Part shown: positions 10,089 through 20,466 of the stretch, piece after piece
Layout: each line of letters opens with the position of its first letter
Numbering within the stretch: position 1 is the stretch's first letter
Assembly: GCA_029245125.1 (NCBI GenBank)
Contig: JAQWPZ010000208.1
Span: 1,111-65,110, forward strand
Direction of reading: 5' to 3'
Length of the DNA stretch: 64,000 bases
From: Rubripirellula sp.
GTDB lineage: Bacteria > Planctomycetota > Planctomycetia > Pirellulales > Pirellulaceae
Notes under the pieces: generated by a model
Database searches by the model: none
Seen by the model: only the letters and a program-made list of their open reading frames with translations
Told to the model about the DNA's origin: nothing
Program-made: the position numbers and the translations under genes

Positions 10089-10417
10089 TTTTCCGCTCCT
10101 AAGTGAGGAAGTCCGGGTGGCAAGGGGGTAGCACCGAGCGTCGACCTAACGCCCTAGTCTTCAGCATCGATCGCCCAAACAGGCAGACGTGAATGCACTC
10201 TGGGGGAATCGTGTCGTCAATCATCCGCCCGAGGGTGCATCCGTTTCCTGTCTCACAATCAAATCCTCAGGAAAATCTTGCCAATCCAGAAAACTCGCCC
10301 GATCGGCCCGGGACTTTGCTTCCTGCACGCGGCACGCTTCCGACTTTCACTTGGCCTCGGTATCTTGGAGGGATAACAACCAGCGGATTCTGCCTTCCCT
10401 TGCCGAATGGACCAACC

Positions 10418-11692
10418 GTGCCCGAAATCATTCAAGTTGAAGTCCCCAACGTCGGTGAATCAATCAGCGAAGTTCAAATCGGACAATGGCTCAAAGCCAA
10501 AGGTGATTGGGTTGATTCAGGGGAAGATCTGGTCGAAATCGAAACCGAAAAGGCGTCCGTCCAAATTCCTGCCCCCACCAATGGCTACGTGGAGTCGATC
10601 GATAAGGAGAGCGAAGAATTCGCCAACGTGGGTGATGTAATCGCATCGATCCGCGTCGCCGAGAAGCCTGCCCCGAACGCATCCGAATCCGATCCAAAGT
10701 CGGCCCCGGCGAGCAGCGACAAAACGGCACCGACGCCAGCAGGCAACGAAGCATCCTTTGTGATGCCCGCAGCACAGCGTCTGCTGGAGGAGCATGGATT
10801 GAAAGCGTCGGAAGTCCCCGCCTCAGGACCAGGGGGACGCCTGCTGAAAGAAGATGTGCTGGCATACGTTCAAAATCAAAACAAAAAATCGGCACCGGCA
10901 GCCCCAACTTCTCGACCAGCGTCTTCTGCACCAGCGACGACCGAACCGCGTCGTGCCGTCACTGGGAGCCTAATTGCCGACGCGCCATCCCATCGGCAAG
11001 AACAAGTCAAACCGCTCAGTATGCTCCGCCGCACCATTGCAGCCCGACTTGTTGAAGCACAGCAAACAGCAGCCTTGCTAACGACATTTAATGAAATCGA
11101 CATGAAACCTGTCATGTCGATTCGCAGCAAATACAAAGAGCGGTTCCTGGAAAGACACGGCGTAAAACTAGGGTTCATGTCGTTTTTCGCGAAGGCTGCC
11201 GTTGAAGCACTGCGGAAATTCCCCGCAGTGAACGCAGAGATTCGCAATAACGATATTGTCTATCGCCACTACCAAGACATTGGAATTGCGATCGGTGGCG
11301 GAAAAGGGCTCGTCGTTCCTGTTATACGTAATGTCGAACTCCTGTCGTTCGCTGGCATCGAAAGCTCCATTAGTGACTTCGCAAAACAAGCGGCCGAGAA
11401 TCGACTGCAACCAGAAGATCTGATCGGCGGAACATTCACCATCAGCAACGGTGGGATTTACGGGTCGCTGTTAAGTACCCCAATCGTCAATCCACCGCAA
11501 AGCGGCATCCTTGGCTTGCATGCCATCCAAGAGCGGCCCGTGGCAGTCGATGGGCAGGTCGTTATCCGGCCGATGATGAATGTCGCATTGACCTACGACC
11601 ATCGGATCGTCGATGGTCGCGAGGCTGTCGGCTTTTTGCGCATCATTAAAGATGTGATCGAAGACCCAGCACGTCTATTCTTGGAGCTGTAG
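10418..11692 (+). CDS. sucB: Dihydrolipoyllysine-residue succinyltransferase (E2 of 2-oxoglutarate dehydrogenase)
   Basis: Lipoyl domain ([10 protein letters not shown]...IETEKA), subunit-binding domain ([12 protein letters not shown]), and catalytic domain with [16 protein letters not shown] and DHRIVDG. Start reassigned to GTG 10418; the ORF track opens at 10193. Confidence 0.95.
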   Translation: MPEIIQVEVPNVGESISEVQIGQWLKAKGDWVDSGEDLVEIETEKASVQIPAPTNGYVESIDKESEEFANVGDVIASIRVAEKPAPNASESDPKSAPASSDKTAPTPAGNEASFVMPAAQRLLEEHGLKASEVPASGPGGRLLKEDVLAYVQNQNKKSAPAAPTSRPASSAPATTEPRRAVTGSLIADAPSHRQEQVKPLSMLRRTIAARLVEAQQTAALLTTFNEIDMKPVMSIRSKYKERFLERHGVKLGFMSFFAKAAVEALRKFPAVNAEIRNNDIVYRHYQDIGIAIGGGKGLVVPVIRNVELLSFAGIESSISDFAKQAAENRLQPEDLIGGTFTISNGGIYGSLLSTPIVNPPQSGILGLHAIQERPVAVDGQVVIRPMMNVALTYDHRIVDGREAVGFLRIIKDVIEDPARLFLEL

Positions 11693-12551
11693 TCGTTTGG
11701 GACGCGTCTCAACAGATGCAAATCTCGCTTGAGAGAAAAAACAGAGTCCTTCGCTGCCAGTGAACGGGCAACAGATTGGCTCGCAGCCAACACTGCTGGC
11801 AGCCAGCAACGAGAGACTCAGCTTGGCGGATCCGGATAGCCGGCGCCTGCAGCAAGCCGCGACCTCCGCGTTGCAATCATGCGGATATTTCCTTTCAAAA
11901 CTTCAGCGATGGAAGGGTCTGCGATTGCAGTAGCGATCACCGGGACCAATGGCTCCATAAAGCCCTTACCACTGAGCCCCAATCCCAAGCCACCATTGCT
12001 TTATCCGGATTCTCGAAGACTCTTTCGACCTCGGCATTGATCGTGGCATTGATCGCGACTTTGATCTGATGAGCAATCAACAGAAAACCAGTTTTGATGG
12101 CAGGTTATCGAACCATTACGAAAGAGCTGGATAGGCGTGGAAGTCTCCACAAACCCGGTGACCAATCACCTCAAACCTCCCGTCAGTGACCCGCTTTAAA
12201 CAAGCCCTGCGAGTAGCACCCTGTTCTACGCAAGGTGAATTTCTCGCTACGCCGAAATCAGCATCCAATTGAACATGGCGACGAGGGAAGCAACTGTCGT
12301 CGATTCGGTTGCTCCCAAGGCTTGAATTGATGATCTTCGATCCTCAGTCAGATCATTACGCTCCCCGAATTCCGGAGGAACGGAGATGCCGATCGCCACA
12401 AAAAGATTCCACGCTACACGGTTACAGAAAAGTCATCCGTCAAGGTTGAGATTTTTCCTGTAACAGATCGCACCACGCGGCGTGATTGAGGCACACAACA
12501 TCGTCGAATCGTCGTCGAATCAATCGTTCACCCTATAAATCGGAGATTGCC

Positions 12552-13122
12552 ATGAAGCCTCTAACGCTGCTCCTCCCAGCTTTCTTGACAGGAGTATCCG
12601 TGTTCTTCCATACCTCGCAAATGTGCGCTCAAGATACCACCACGCGTGAATCGGATCGCATCAATGGCTTACTTGAACAGCTGCAGGATGCAGGTTGGTT
12701 GAATTCATTTCAAAGAGGTGAAGCAGAAGCGAAACTGCGGGCAACGGACCCATTTTCGATTCACGGTAAAAAAAGCAAATCGTGAGACTTCGCGTTCCAG
12801 TACGGATCGAATGCATCTGACTGAAAATGTATCGAACGAACCAGCGCAAGTTGAAATCGACGATCATTCGATCTGCATCCACCTTGAAGGCCGAGAACTC
12901 ATCGCACCTCGACTGAACAAAAATCTCAGAACCGGCAAAAAGTCGCAGCCCGAGACCGCTGACTCGATCGGTCAGGCATTGGATGCAATCGGCCGCACCG
13001 ACTGGAATCAAGCGATGCTTTATCAGCAACTTGGTTATGCCCTGATGGACTTTTCGAAGGGTGAATACCGTCGTTGGGTAGAAATCCGTCCTGGTGAACC
13101 GGCGATTCCGTTCAAATCATGA
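12552..13122 (+). pseudogene. Probable frameshifted secreted protein, split at an A7 run (12768-12774)
   Basis: GGAG plus ATG 12552 opens a signal-peptide ORF ending at 12785. An overlapping +1-frame ORF continues to 13122. Deleting one A from GGTAAAAAAAGC fuses the two. Confidence 0.4.
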
Positions 13123-13380
13123 TGGTCCATACTCGTATATTTAATGGGGAACCTTCAGGCAGCCAGCATCAAGCACAGATACCAAGGCCTCCGTGCAAAC
13201 TTCGATCACGACCGCGTGGCCGCCCCTCACGACTGCGTCGCATGGATGCCGTCGACAGAGCCTGTCACACGTGACCGGATGAAAAACACCACTCGGCAAC
13301 GGGACAACACGCACGACCGCGAACGGAGTACGATGGACCGGCTTGCATTCGGCCTGCGGCCTCCCATCGGAATCCATTGT

Positions 13381-13411
13381 TCTGCAACCAAGTTCTTCTG
13401 CAACCAAGTTC
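13381..13411. repeat. 16-bp tandem duplication (TCTGCAACCAAGTTCT) just upstream of the hydrolase start
   Basis: Direct reading: 13381-13396 and 13397-13411. Confidence 0.8.
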
Positions 13412-13417
13412 CAAATC

Positions 13418-15436
13418 ATGCGTGTTCCTTTATTTCTAATTGGCGTGTTGTTCCCCTTGTCGCTTCTGTGGGGCCAAAGCCCTCCGTTCGATTCATCCGG
13501 CGGCGATTCGTTAGTCACTGAGTACTTTCAAAAACAGACGGATGATTTGACGGCTGCGACATTTGCGGAGATCCGAACGCTCGGTGATTGGCAGTCCCGT
13601 CGTAACCAATACCGAACACAGCTATTGGAAATGCTTGGACTGGACCCTTTTCCAGAACGCACACCGCTAAACCCCGTCATCACCGGTTCTGTCGAACATG
13701 CCGAAGGGTTTATCGTCGAAAACCTTCAGTTTCAATCAATGCCAGGCGTCTACGTCACTGCAAACCTCTATCGGCCCGCGAAGCAAGACAAAGCCTTGCC
13801 AGCGATTTTGTATGTATGTGGACACGGTGCCGTCAGAAAAAATGGTGTCAGCTTCGGCAACAAAGTCAACTATCAGCATCATGGTGCATGGTTCGCACGC
13901 AATGGTTACGTCTGCCTCACAATCGACACCATTCAACTGGGTGAACTCGAAGGAATTCATCACGGAACGTATCGGGAAAAGATGTGGTGGTGGAACAACC
14001 GCGGCTACACACCTGCAGGTGTCGAAGCCTGGAACTGCGTTCGAGCATTGGACTATTTGCAAAACCGCGAAGAAGTCAACGCGGAACGGATTGGTGTAAC
14101 CGGACGCAGCGGCGGGGGAGCCTACTCTTGGTGGATCGCAGCAATCGATGAACGAATCAAAGCAGCAGTTCCTGTCGCCGGTATAACCAGCCTCAAGAAT
14201 CATGTGGTTGATGGTTGTGTCGAAGGTCATTGTGACTGCATGTACATGGTCAATACTTACCGTTGGGATTACCCAATGGTTGCAGCTTTGGTTGCGCCGC
14301 GACCGCTCCTGATTTCGAATACTGACAAGGACCGAATCTTTCCGCTCGACGGTGTCGTCGACGTCTATTCAAAAACTCGCCGCATCTATGATCTATACGA
14401 AGCAAGCGACCAACTCGGCTTGCAGATCACAGAGGGTCCTCATAAGGACACGCAGGAACTTCGGATCCATGCCTTCCGCTGGTTCAATCGATTCCTGAAA
14501 GATGATGATTCACTCATCGACAAAACAGCCGTCAAGTTCTTTGAACCCGAACAACTTAAAGTGTTCAAAGAACTTCCATCCGACGAGCGCGTCACGAATA
14601 TCCACGAAAGCTTCGTGCCGGCAGTCAATGCGAATGAATTGCCGAAACAAAGAAACGAAATACAACGCGCATCAATGGACTGGATGGAGTCACTTCAAAG
14701 CCATGTCTTTCGCGGCTGGCCCACCGTTGATGAACCGCTCGACGTTCAAATCACTTCCTCCGCGGAAAAACTGTACCGTGTCGAGTTCACCAGCCAGGCA
14801 CCTTATCGCCTGGAATGCTATTTCTATCGCCCACAAGCAAACAGCAAGGCATTATCCGTTCATGTTCTTGACCAGCAGCAATGGGAATCAATCAGCCCAG
14901 GCTTGGCGGCTGCGATGCCGGAAGCATTCACGACAACGACGCCCGACCAGGCGCGTTGGGAGCAAATCTGCGATCAACAAAATGGCAGGAATACGGCCTG
15001 GATCATACCTCGCGGTGTTGGCCCCACTGAATGGTCTCGTGATTTGAAAACCAGAACTCAGATCCGCCGACGATTTATGCAAATTGGGCAAACCGCCGCC
15101 ACCATGCAGATCTATGATGTTCGCCGAGCGATCCAAGGGCTTCGCTCAGTGCCGAATATTGAGTGGTCCAGCCTTGATGTAACTGCCAGTGGAGAAGCAG
15201 CATTCTGGACGTTGTACGCTTCACTTTGGACACCTGGAATTGACCGACTCTCTTTACTTGATTTACCAACCAAAAACCGTGACGCACCAGATCTGCTCAA
15301 CGTCAGTCGTTTCGTTGAGCTACCGCATGTTGTGCTGATGGCGGCAGAGCGAATTAAGAAAATGTCGCTCTCGAAGTCGTGGGAATCGATTCTCGGCGGT
15401 CATCCAGTCGTGGCTGAAAAGATCACATTTGAATGA
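13418..15436 (+). CDS. Secreted alpha/beta-hydrolase, acetylxylan-esterase-like
   Basis: Signal peptide from ATG 13418; LYVCGH; nucleophile elbow TGRSGGG; ALVAPRPLLI; second degenerate hydrolase-like half. Confidence 0.88.
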   Translation: MRVPLFLIGVLFPLSLLWGQSPPFDSSGGDSLVTEYFQKQTDDLTAATFAEIRTLGDWQSRRNQYRTQLLEMLGLDPFPERTPLNPVITGSVEHAEGFIVENLQFQSMPGVYVTANLYRPAKQDKALPAILYVCGHGAVRKNGVSFGNKVNYQHHGAWFARNGYVCLTIDTIQLGELEGIHHGTYREKMWWWNNRGYTPAGVEAWNCVRALDYLQNREEVNAERIGVTGRSGGGAYSWWIAAIDERIKAAVPVAGITSLKNHVVDGCVEGHCDCMYMVNTYRWDYPMVAALVAPRPLLISNTDKDRIFPLDGVVDVYSKTRRIYDLYEASDQLGLQITEGPHKDTQELRIHAFRWFNRFLKDDDSLIDKTAVKFFEPEQLKVFKELPSDERVTNIHESFVPAVNANELPKQRNEIQRASMDWMESLQSHVFRGWPTVDEPLDVQITSSAEKLYRVEFTSQAPYRLECYFYRPQANSKALSVHVLDQQQWESISPGLAAAMPEAFTTTTPDQARWEQICDQQNGRNTAWIIPRGVGPTEWSRDLKTRTQIRRRFMQIGQTAATMQIYDVRRAIQGLRSVPNIEWSSLDVTASGEAAFWTLYASLWTPGIDRLSLLDLPTKNRDAPDLLNVSRFVELPHVVLMAAERIKKMSLSKSWESILGGHPVVAEKITFE

Positions 15437-15576
15437 CGGCTCCGCTTTGGGTGGGCACGGCAAGAATGGCGAACCTATGACAGCGAACCTGCGCAGGCGA
15501 AAATCTCATTACAACTTTCGCAGCAGCAGAACTGGAACCTAGTCATGCACCCCACCTTGTGCGTTCCGTTCACTCG

Positions 15577-16158
15577 CTAGCGGTCGATCCATTGAACTTT
15601 CTCGTCAATTGGAGATCGGTCTCCGACTGGCCACTCGCAAGCCGGGTAACCAACATAGAACAGTCCAAGGGCGCGATCCTTCGCCTTCATACCAACGAAG
15701 TCCCGCATCGCATCACTGGTCGCAGCGATGTTGGTCGACCAAAAACCACCCAGCCCAAAGGCGGCTGCCGTGAGATGTAAATTCTGAACGGCACATGCGA
15801 CCGCCAATAGTTCATCCTGCTCAGAGATTTTCTCTGTTTCTTGGCGTTTCAATCCGACGGCGATCACGACGGGCGCCAGCAACGCGTTTTGACGCATCCC
15901 GTCATACTTCTTCGGTTTAAATGTTTCTGGCGTGCTCAAGGACTTGTACGTCTCTGCCAGAAACTCAGCAAGCCGCTGCCGCGCCGGCCCACTAAACACA
16001 GAGAAACGCCACGGCTCCGTCATCCCATGAGTGGGTGCCCAGTTTGCATTTTCGAGCATCGTACGAACAATCGCTGGGTCGACATCCCGAGTCGCGAAAT
16101 TCTTTGGCTTAACCGTTCTCCGATGTCGAATCACCTCGGTTATCGCTGACGGATCCAT
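15577..16158 (-). CDS. Nitroreductase family protein (YdjA-like)
   Basis: IRHRRTVK, ANWAPTHGMTEPWRF, CAVQNLHLTAAAFGLGGFWST. AGGAG lies upstream of ATG 16158. Confidence 0.9.
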   Translation of the reverse strand: MDPSAITEVIRHRRTVKPKNFATRDVDPAIVRTMLENANWAPTHGMTEPWRFSVFSGPARQRLAEFLAETYKSLSTPETFKPKKYDGMRQNALLAPVVIAVGLKRQETEKISEQDELLAVACAVQNLHLTAAAFGLGGFWSTNIAATSDAMRDFVGMKAKDRALGLFYVGYPACEWPVGDRSPIDEKVQWIDR

Positions 16159-16254
16159 GCATGATCTCCTCTTTCCTGTGCTTCCCAATTTGATTCTCCA
16201 ACCGCGACAAACCCAGGATTTGTTGATTCGGAACTCGATCCCCCAACTGGAAAA

Positions 16255-17172
16255 TCAAACACTGAATCCCAGCAGTCTGCAGGGGTTCAATCGCATCCAC
16301 TGGTCGATCTGCTGATCAGAAACACCGACTCGTTCTTTCAAGACACTAACCATCTGCGGAAAGGTGGACGCGCATCCTGCAAAGTGCGTCCGACAGGCAG
16401 ACCAAGCTGCGCCATCTTCGTCCACCTCAACCACTTGATCGGATAGTTCATACCGCCCTGGCCCCAGACCGGCAGCACTAATTGCGTCAGTCACGATCAC
16501 AACATTGGCCGAGGGTACACACTGCAAATAATTCTTTAAGGCCGGTGGTGGAACATGATGACCATCGGCGATAAAGGAAATCATTAAGCGTTCGCTCCGG
16601 CTGAGCACGCGTTGGATGATATTGTCATGCCGAGGAAGCAGGGCAGGGCACGCATTACCAAGATGCGTAAACAGACTTAATCCTTGGTCGATCGCCGCAT
16701 CAAGCTGGTCGACTGACGCATCACTATGCCCGGCCGCGACGACGATTCCCTGTTTCGCAAGTTCGCATGTCACCCGTCCCGCTGGGTCCCGTTCGGGAGC
16801 AAGCGTGACAATCTTGATGTGGCCTGCGCCCGCGCCTAGCAAGGACTTCGTAACGTCGATCGAAGCATCCATGGTAGCGTTGACGGGATGCGCGCCGGCA
16901 AACCCATCCTGATCGCTCAGGAAGGGACCCTCTACATGAATTCCGGCAACCACCGATGAGATTTCAGGACTCGAATCAATGAACCGCGCAAGACGACTGA
17001 TCCGCTGCAGCATCGCGTCCAAGGGTGCCGTAATGATCGTGGCCAGAATGCGGTCCGTTCCGTCGTCTCGTATTCGACGGCACACTCGATGCATTGATTC
17101 CTCGGTAAGCGAATCTGAGTTGAAATCGACTCCACCGTATCCATTCACCTGCAAGTCGACAAAACCAGACAT
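16255..17172 (-). CDS. nagA: N-acetylglucosamine-6-phosphate deacetylase
   Basis: GFVDLQVNG, GIHVEGPF, GHSDA, THLGNA, IADGHH, VTDA. ATG overlaps the nagB stop (TGATG). Compact form without the N-terminal beta-domain segment. Confidence 0.9.
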   Translation of the reverse strand: MSGFVDLQVNGYGGVDFNSDSLTEESMHRVCRRIRDDGTDRILATIITAPLDAMLQRISRLARFIDSSPEISSVVAGIHVEGPFLSDQDGFAGAHPVNATMDASIDVTKSLLGAGAGHIKIVTLAPERDPAGRVTCELAKQGIVVAAGHSDASVDQLDAAIDQGLSLFTHLGNACPALLPRHDNIIQRVLSRSERLMISFIADGHHVPPPALKNYLQCVPSANVVIVTDAISAAGLGPGRYELSDQVVEVDEDGAAWSACRTHFAGCASTFPQMVSVLKERVGVSDQQIDQWMRLNPCRLLGFSV

Positions 17173-17933
17173 CAAACTTGCTCCAACGAAGCACGAGTCT
17201 CGTCACCGAGCTGGCTTGCGGCAGCTTGGTCAATCACCATGATCGCATCCTGATGTTCTCGCAAGATACTGGCAGGAACCTCAGGCGATACAGGGTCTTC
17301 CAAGGTTCCGCGAACGGCTGCCGATTTACGCCCATCGGGAACACTACAGTAGATCTTGGCCGATTTCAAAATCTGCCGAACCGACATACTGATCGCGTGC
17401 GTGGGAACATCAGCAAGTGAATCAAACCAGCCTTCACCCACTTGCTGCATGCGGCAGGGCTCGTCCAATTCAACCAGTAAATAGGGTTTTTCCGTCTCAA
17501 AATCTGCCGGAGGATCATTGAAAGCCAAGTGGCCATTTTCACCAATTCCCACGAGTGCCAGATCGATTCTCGTCTTGGAGAGGCGACCACCAATGTCACC
17601 AATCGTTTCGATTGGATCCGCATCGCCACGGAGATAATGAAAGCTGGCCAAACTCAGATGATCGACAAATCGCTCCTTCAAGTAACGACAAAACGAGGCA
17701 CCGTGATCGGTTGAAATCCCAACGTATTCATCCAAGTGGAATCCGTGAACCTTGGACCAATCGATCCCTGGCTGCTGAACTAATGCCCCCAACACCTCAA
17801 ATTGGGAGGCTCCCGTGGCCACAACGATATTCGCCTCACCATGCTTGGCAATCGCCTGGCGAAGGTCTTCAGCGGCATGTTCGCCAACCCATTGCCCCAT
17901 GGCCTTGGCGTCGGTGGTTAGAATCGTACGCAT
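17172..17933 (-). CDS. nagB: Glucosamine-6-phosphate deaminase-like protein
   Basis: [31 protein letters not shown]; translationally coupled to nagA. Confidence 0.85.
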   Translation of the reverse strand: MRTILTTDAKAMGQWVGEHAAEDLRQAIAKHGEANIVVATGASQFEVLGALVQQPGIDWSKVHGFHLDEYVGISTDHGASFCRYLKERFVDHLSLASFHYLRGDADPIETIGDIGGRLSKTRIDLALVGIGENGHLAFNDPPADFETEKPYLLVELDEPCRMQQVGEGWFDSLADVPTHAISMSVRQILKSAKIYCSVPDGRKSAAVRGTLEDPVSPEVPASILREHQDAIMVIDQAAASQLGDETRASLEQV

Positions 17934-18077
17934 CGATTTTTACTCGTTTAGAGCCACAGTGTCAGATAATCCCAGTGGCTGTATTGTCGCCTTTGCACGC
18001 GAGGTATGCGAGGCCCGATATCGATGAAGAATCGAACTGAATGAGAACTCGCTGTACAACTCAAGCAATGCCCTGCA

Positions 18078-18093
18078 GAAATCTGCAGATTTC
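18078..18093. promoter_or_regulatory. Perfect 16-bp palindrome GAAATCTGCAGATTTC, candidate operator in a divergent promoter region
   Basis: Exact inverted symmetry read directly, between nagB (-) and the esterase gene (+). Confidence 0.4.
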
Positions 18094-18183
18094 CTTGAGT
18101 CCCTGCCTTTGTGAAAATGAACCGCCAATGCTTTGGCTTGGTAAAAAAATTAAACCAGCACGGTTTTACTTAAGAGGTGCGTC

Positions 18184-20388
18184 ATGAATCGTTGGATTGC
18201 TCTCAGCTTTTGCATCACCATTGCTCTCCGTGGTTATGCAGATCCTCCTGTTACACCGGAATCTAGCCAACATCGTGTCCTTGAAATTGGCGAGCAACCA
18301 AACGATGTGCGATTAAAAGAGCTAAAGACGCTTAACGACCACTTTCCCTTGCTGGTCCCAGAAAACTCTGGAGCTTGGTTTTCACGAGCGGATTTCTTGC
18401 GTCGTCGCGTACTCGTCGCAACCGGACTGTGGCCGATGCCAGAGAAGCCTCCCCTGAATTCGGTTGTGTTTGACAAAACAGAACGGGATGGGTTCACCGT
18501 CGAAAAAGTTTACTTTCAGAGTTTGCCAGGCCACTACGTAACAGGACTACTATTCCGCCCCAGCAAACCGCGATTCGACCGCGCACCCGGCGTGCTATGC
18601 CCGCACGGGCACGGTGGACGAATGCAATCACACAGCGATGAAGAAATCGCTCGTCAAATACAACAGGGCGGTGAACATTTTGAGAATTCAGGACGAACGC
18701 CCAAGTTAGCAAGGTGCGTACAATTGGCGCGGATGGGCTGCGTGAGCTTTATTTTTGACATGATCGGCTATGCCGACTCGATTCAAATCTCACATCAAGT
18801 GTCCCATCGGCACGCCAAAGCGAGGCCCGAGGAAAAGCAAAGAGGAGCCGACTGGGTATTTTTTAGCATTGATGCCGATTTGCGCAATCAATCAATCATG
18901 GGCCTACAAACCTGGAATGCCATCCGCGCACTCGACTTCTTGGCCTCACTTCCTGATGTTGATCCAAACCGCCTAGCCGTCACCGGGGGAAGCGGTGGTG
19001 GCACCCAGTCCATCCTACTTGGCGCGATCGACCAAAGGGTCAAAGCATCATTTCCAAACGGGATGGTTTCCACCGCAATGCAGGGTGGTTGCTACTGCGA
19101 AAATTGCAACCTGCTGAGGATTGATACTGGCAATGTCGAATTGGCCGCATTGTTCGCGCCACGTCCTCAAGCGATGACATCAGCAGACGACTGGACACGT
19201 GACATGATGACCGATGGATATCCCGAATTGAAATGGCTTTATGCCATGATCGGTGATCAGGCAAATGTTTACTGCCGACCCATGCTGGAATTCAAACACA
19301 ACTACAACTACATCGCGCGAGCAACGATGTACCAATGGATGAATCGGCATCTCAACCTCGGCCTCGATGATCCCGTGATCGAGCAAGATTTCGAGCCGCT
19401 TACGGAACAAGAAACCACCGTCTGGGACGATCAACACCCATCGCCATCAGAAGTCGGTGTTCCTCACGAATATGCTGTTTGTCGGTGGTTCGACCAACAA
19501 GCAACTGCGCAATTAAATGCCCTAGATCCCGAGGATGCAGAATCGCTTAAAAACTTCAGAGCGGTTGTGGGGGGTGCTTGGCAGGTTATCTTTGATCAAG
19601 GCGTGCCGAAAAACACCACCTACAGCAGTAAGAGCAAGGTGGAATCGAACGGGATCATCGTCGAACGAGGATTGATTGACGACGAGACTCGCGGAGCAAA
19701 ACTCCCCTTGCTAACGGTAAGCACCGAACAATCGATGGCAGACAGATTCACTATCTGGACAAATGCGAAAGGCAAGCAAGCCGCCTTTCAAGCGAATGGT
19801 GATCCGACTGACCAACTCGCACTACTGCTCAGCCACGGCATGACGGTACTGCTACCTGACTTGTACCAGCAAGGTGAGTTCCTCAGCGAGCGCAAAGGAA
19901 ACGAACAACAAAGAGTGATTGATGATGCACGATCTTATTCCGCATTCACCTTCGGATACAACCGAACCCTAACAGCCCACCGAACCGCTGATGTGTTGGC
20001 GGTGATCGCCCACGCCCGCCAACAAGGAGCAACACAGGTCGCCTTACTGGGAACCAGTGGAACGGCAGCGTGGGCCACTCCCGCGGCAGCTCAAGCAGGT
20101 CCATTGGTGGACCGTGCCATGATCGAAAGCGATGGTTTTCGATTCGCCAATGTTGATCATTACCGCGACCAAAATTTCGTGCCAGGTGCAGTTAAATACG
20201 GTGACTTACCCGCAATCATGGCATTACGCTCCCCTTATCCCCTTGCCGTCGTTGGCGATACCAATCTGCCCGCGATCGTACCATTGGCCTTCACTGCTGC
20301 GGGGAAAACTGATTCCTTTCAATCATTCGACTCCACTGACATTACAGCGGCAGAGATTGAGTGGCTGGTTGACAAATCGCGTGATTAA
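18184..20388 (+). CDS. Secreted alpha/beta-hydrolase, acetylxylan-esterase-like
   Basis: Signal peptide; VLCPHGH; nucleophile elbow TGGSGGGTQ; LFAPRPQ; HNYN; degenerate second hydrolase half. Confidence 0.88.
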   Translation: MNRWIALSFCITIALRGYADPPVTPESSQHRVLEIGEQPNDVRLKELKTLNDHFPLLVPENSGAWFSRADFLRRRVLVATGLWPMPEKPPLNSVVFDKTERDGFTVEKVYFQSLPGHYVTGLLFRPSKPRFDRAPGVLCPHGHGGRMQSHSDEEIARQIQQGGEHFENSGRTPKLARCVQLARMGCVSFIFDMIGYADSIQISHQVSHRHAKARPEEKQRGADWVFFSIDADLRNQSIMGLQTWNAIRALDFLASLPDVDPNRLAVTGGSGGGTQSILLGAIDQRVKASFPNGMVSTAMQGGCYCENCNLLRIDTGNVELAALFAPRPQAMTSADDWTRDMMTDGYPELKWLYAMIGDQANVYCRPMLEFKHNYNYIARATMYQWMNRHLNLGLDDPVIEQDFEPLTEQETTVWDDQHPSPSEVGVPHEYAVCRWFDQQATAQLNALDPEDAESLKNFRAVVGGAWQVIFDQGVPKNTTYSSKSKVESNGIIVERGLIDDETRGAKLPLLTVSTEQSMADRFTIWTNAKGKQAAFQANGDPTDQLALLLSHGMTVLLPDLYQQGEFLSERKGNEQQRVIDDARSYSAFTFGYNRTLTAHRTADVLAVIAHARQQGATQVALLGTSGTAAWATPAAAQAGPLVDRAMIESDGFRFANVDHYRDQNFVPGAVKYGDLPAIMALRSPYPLAVVGDTNLPAIVPLAFTAAGKTDSFQSFDSTDITAAEIEWLVDKSRD

Positions 20389-20466
20389 GATGGTTCGGAC
20401 GCGATCCGCACCAGCGGGTAAACTGGTTGAAACTTCCACACTTGCTGACAACACTCGACAACCATC

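Noticed and set aside
10193-10417. 75-aa N-terminal extension of SucB in the ORF track
   Set aside because: The lipoyl domain begins at GTG 10418, and the extension is low-complexity upstream sequence.
10418-11692. sucB without adjacent sucA/lpdA
   Set aside because: Dispersed central-metabolism genes are commonplace in planctomycetes.
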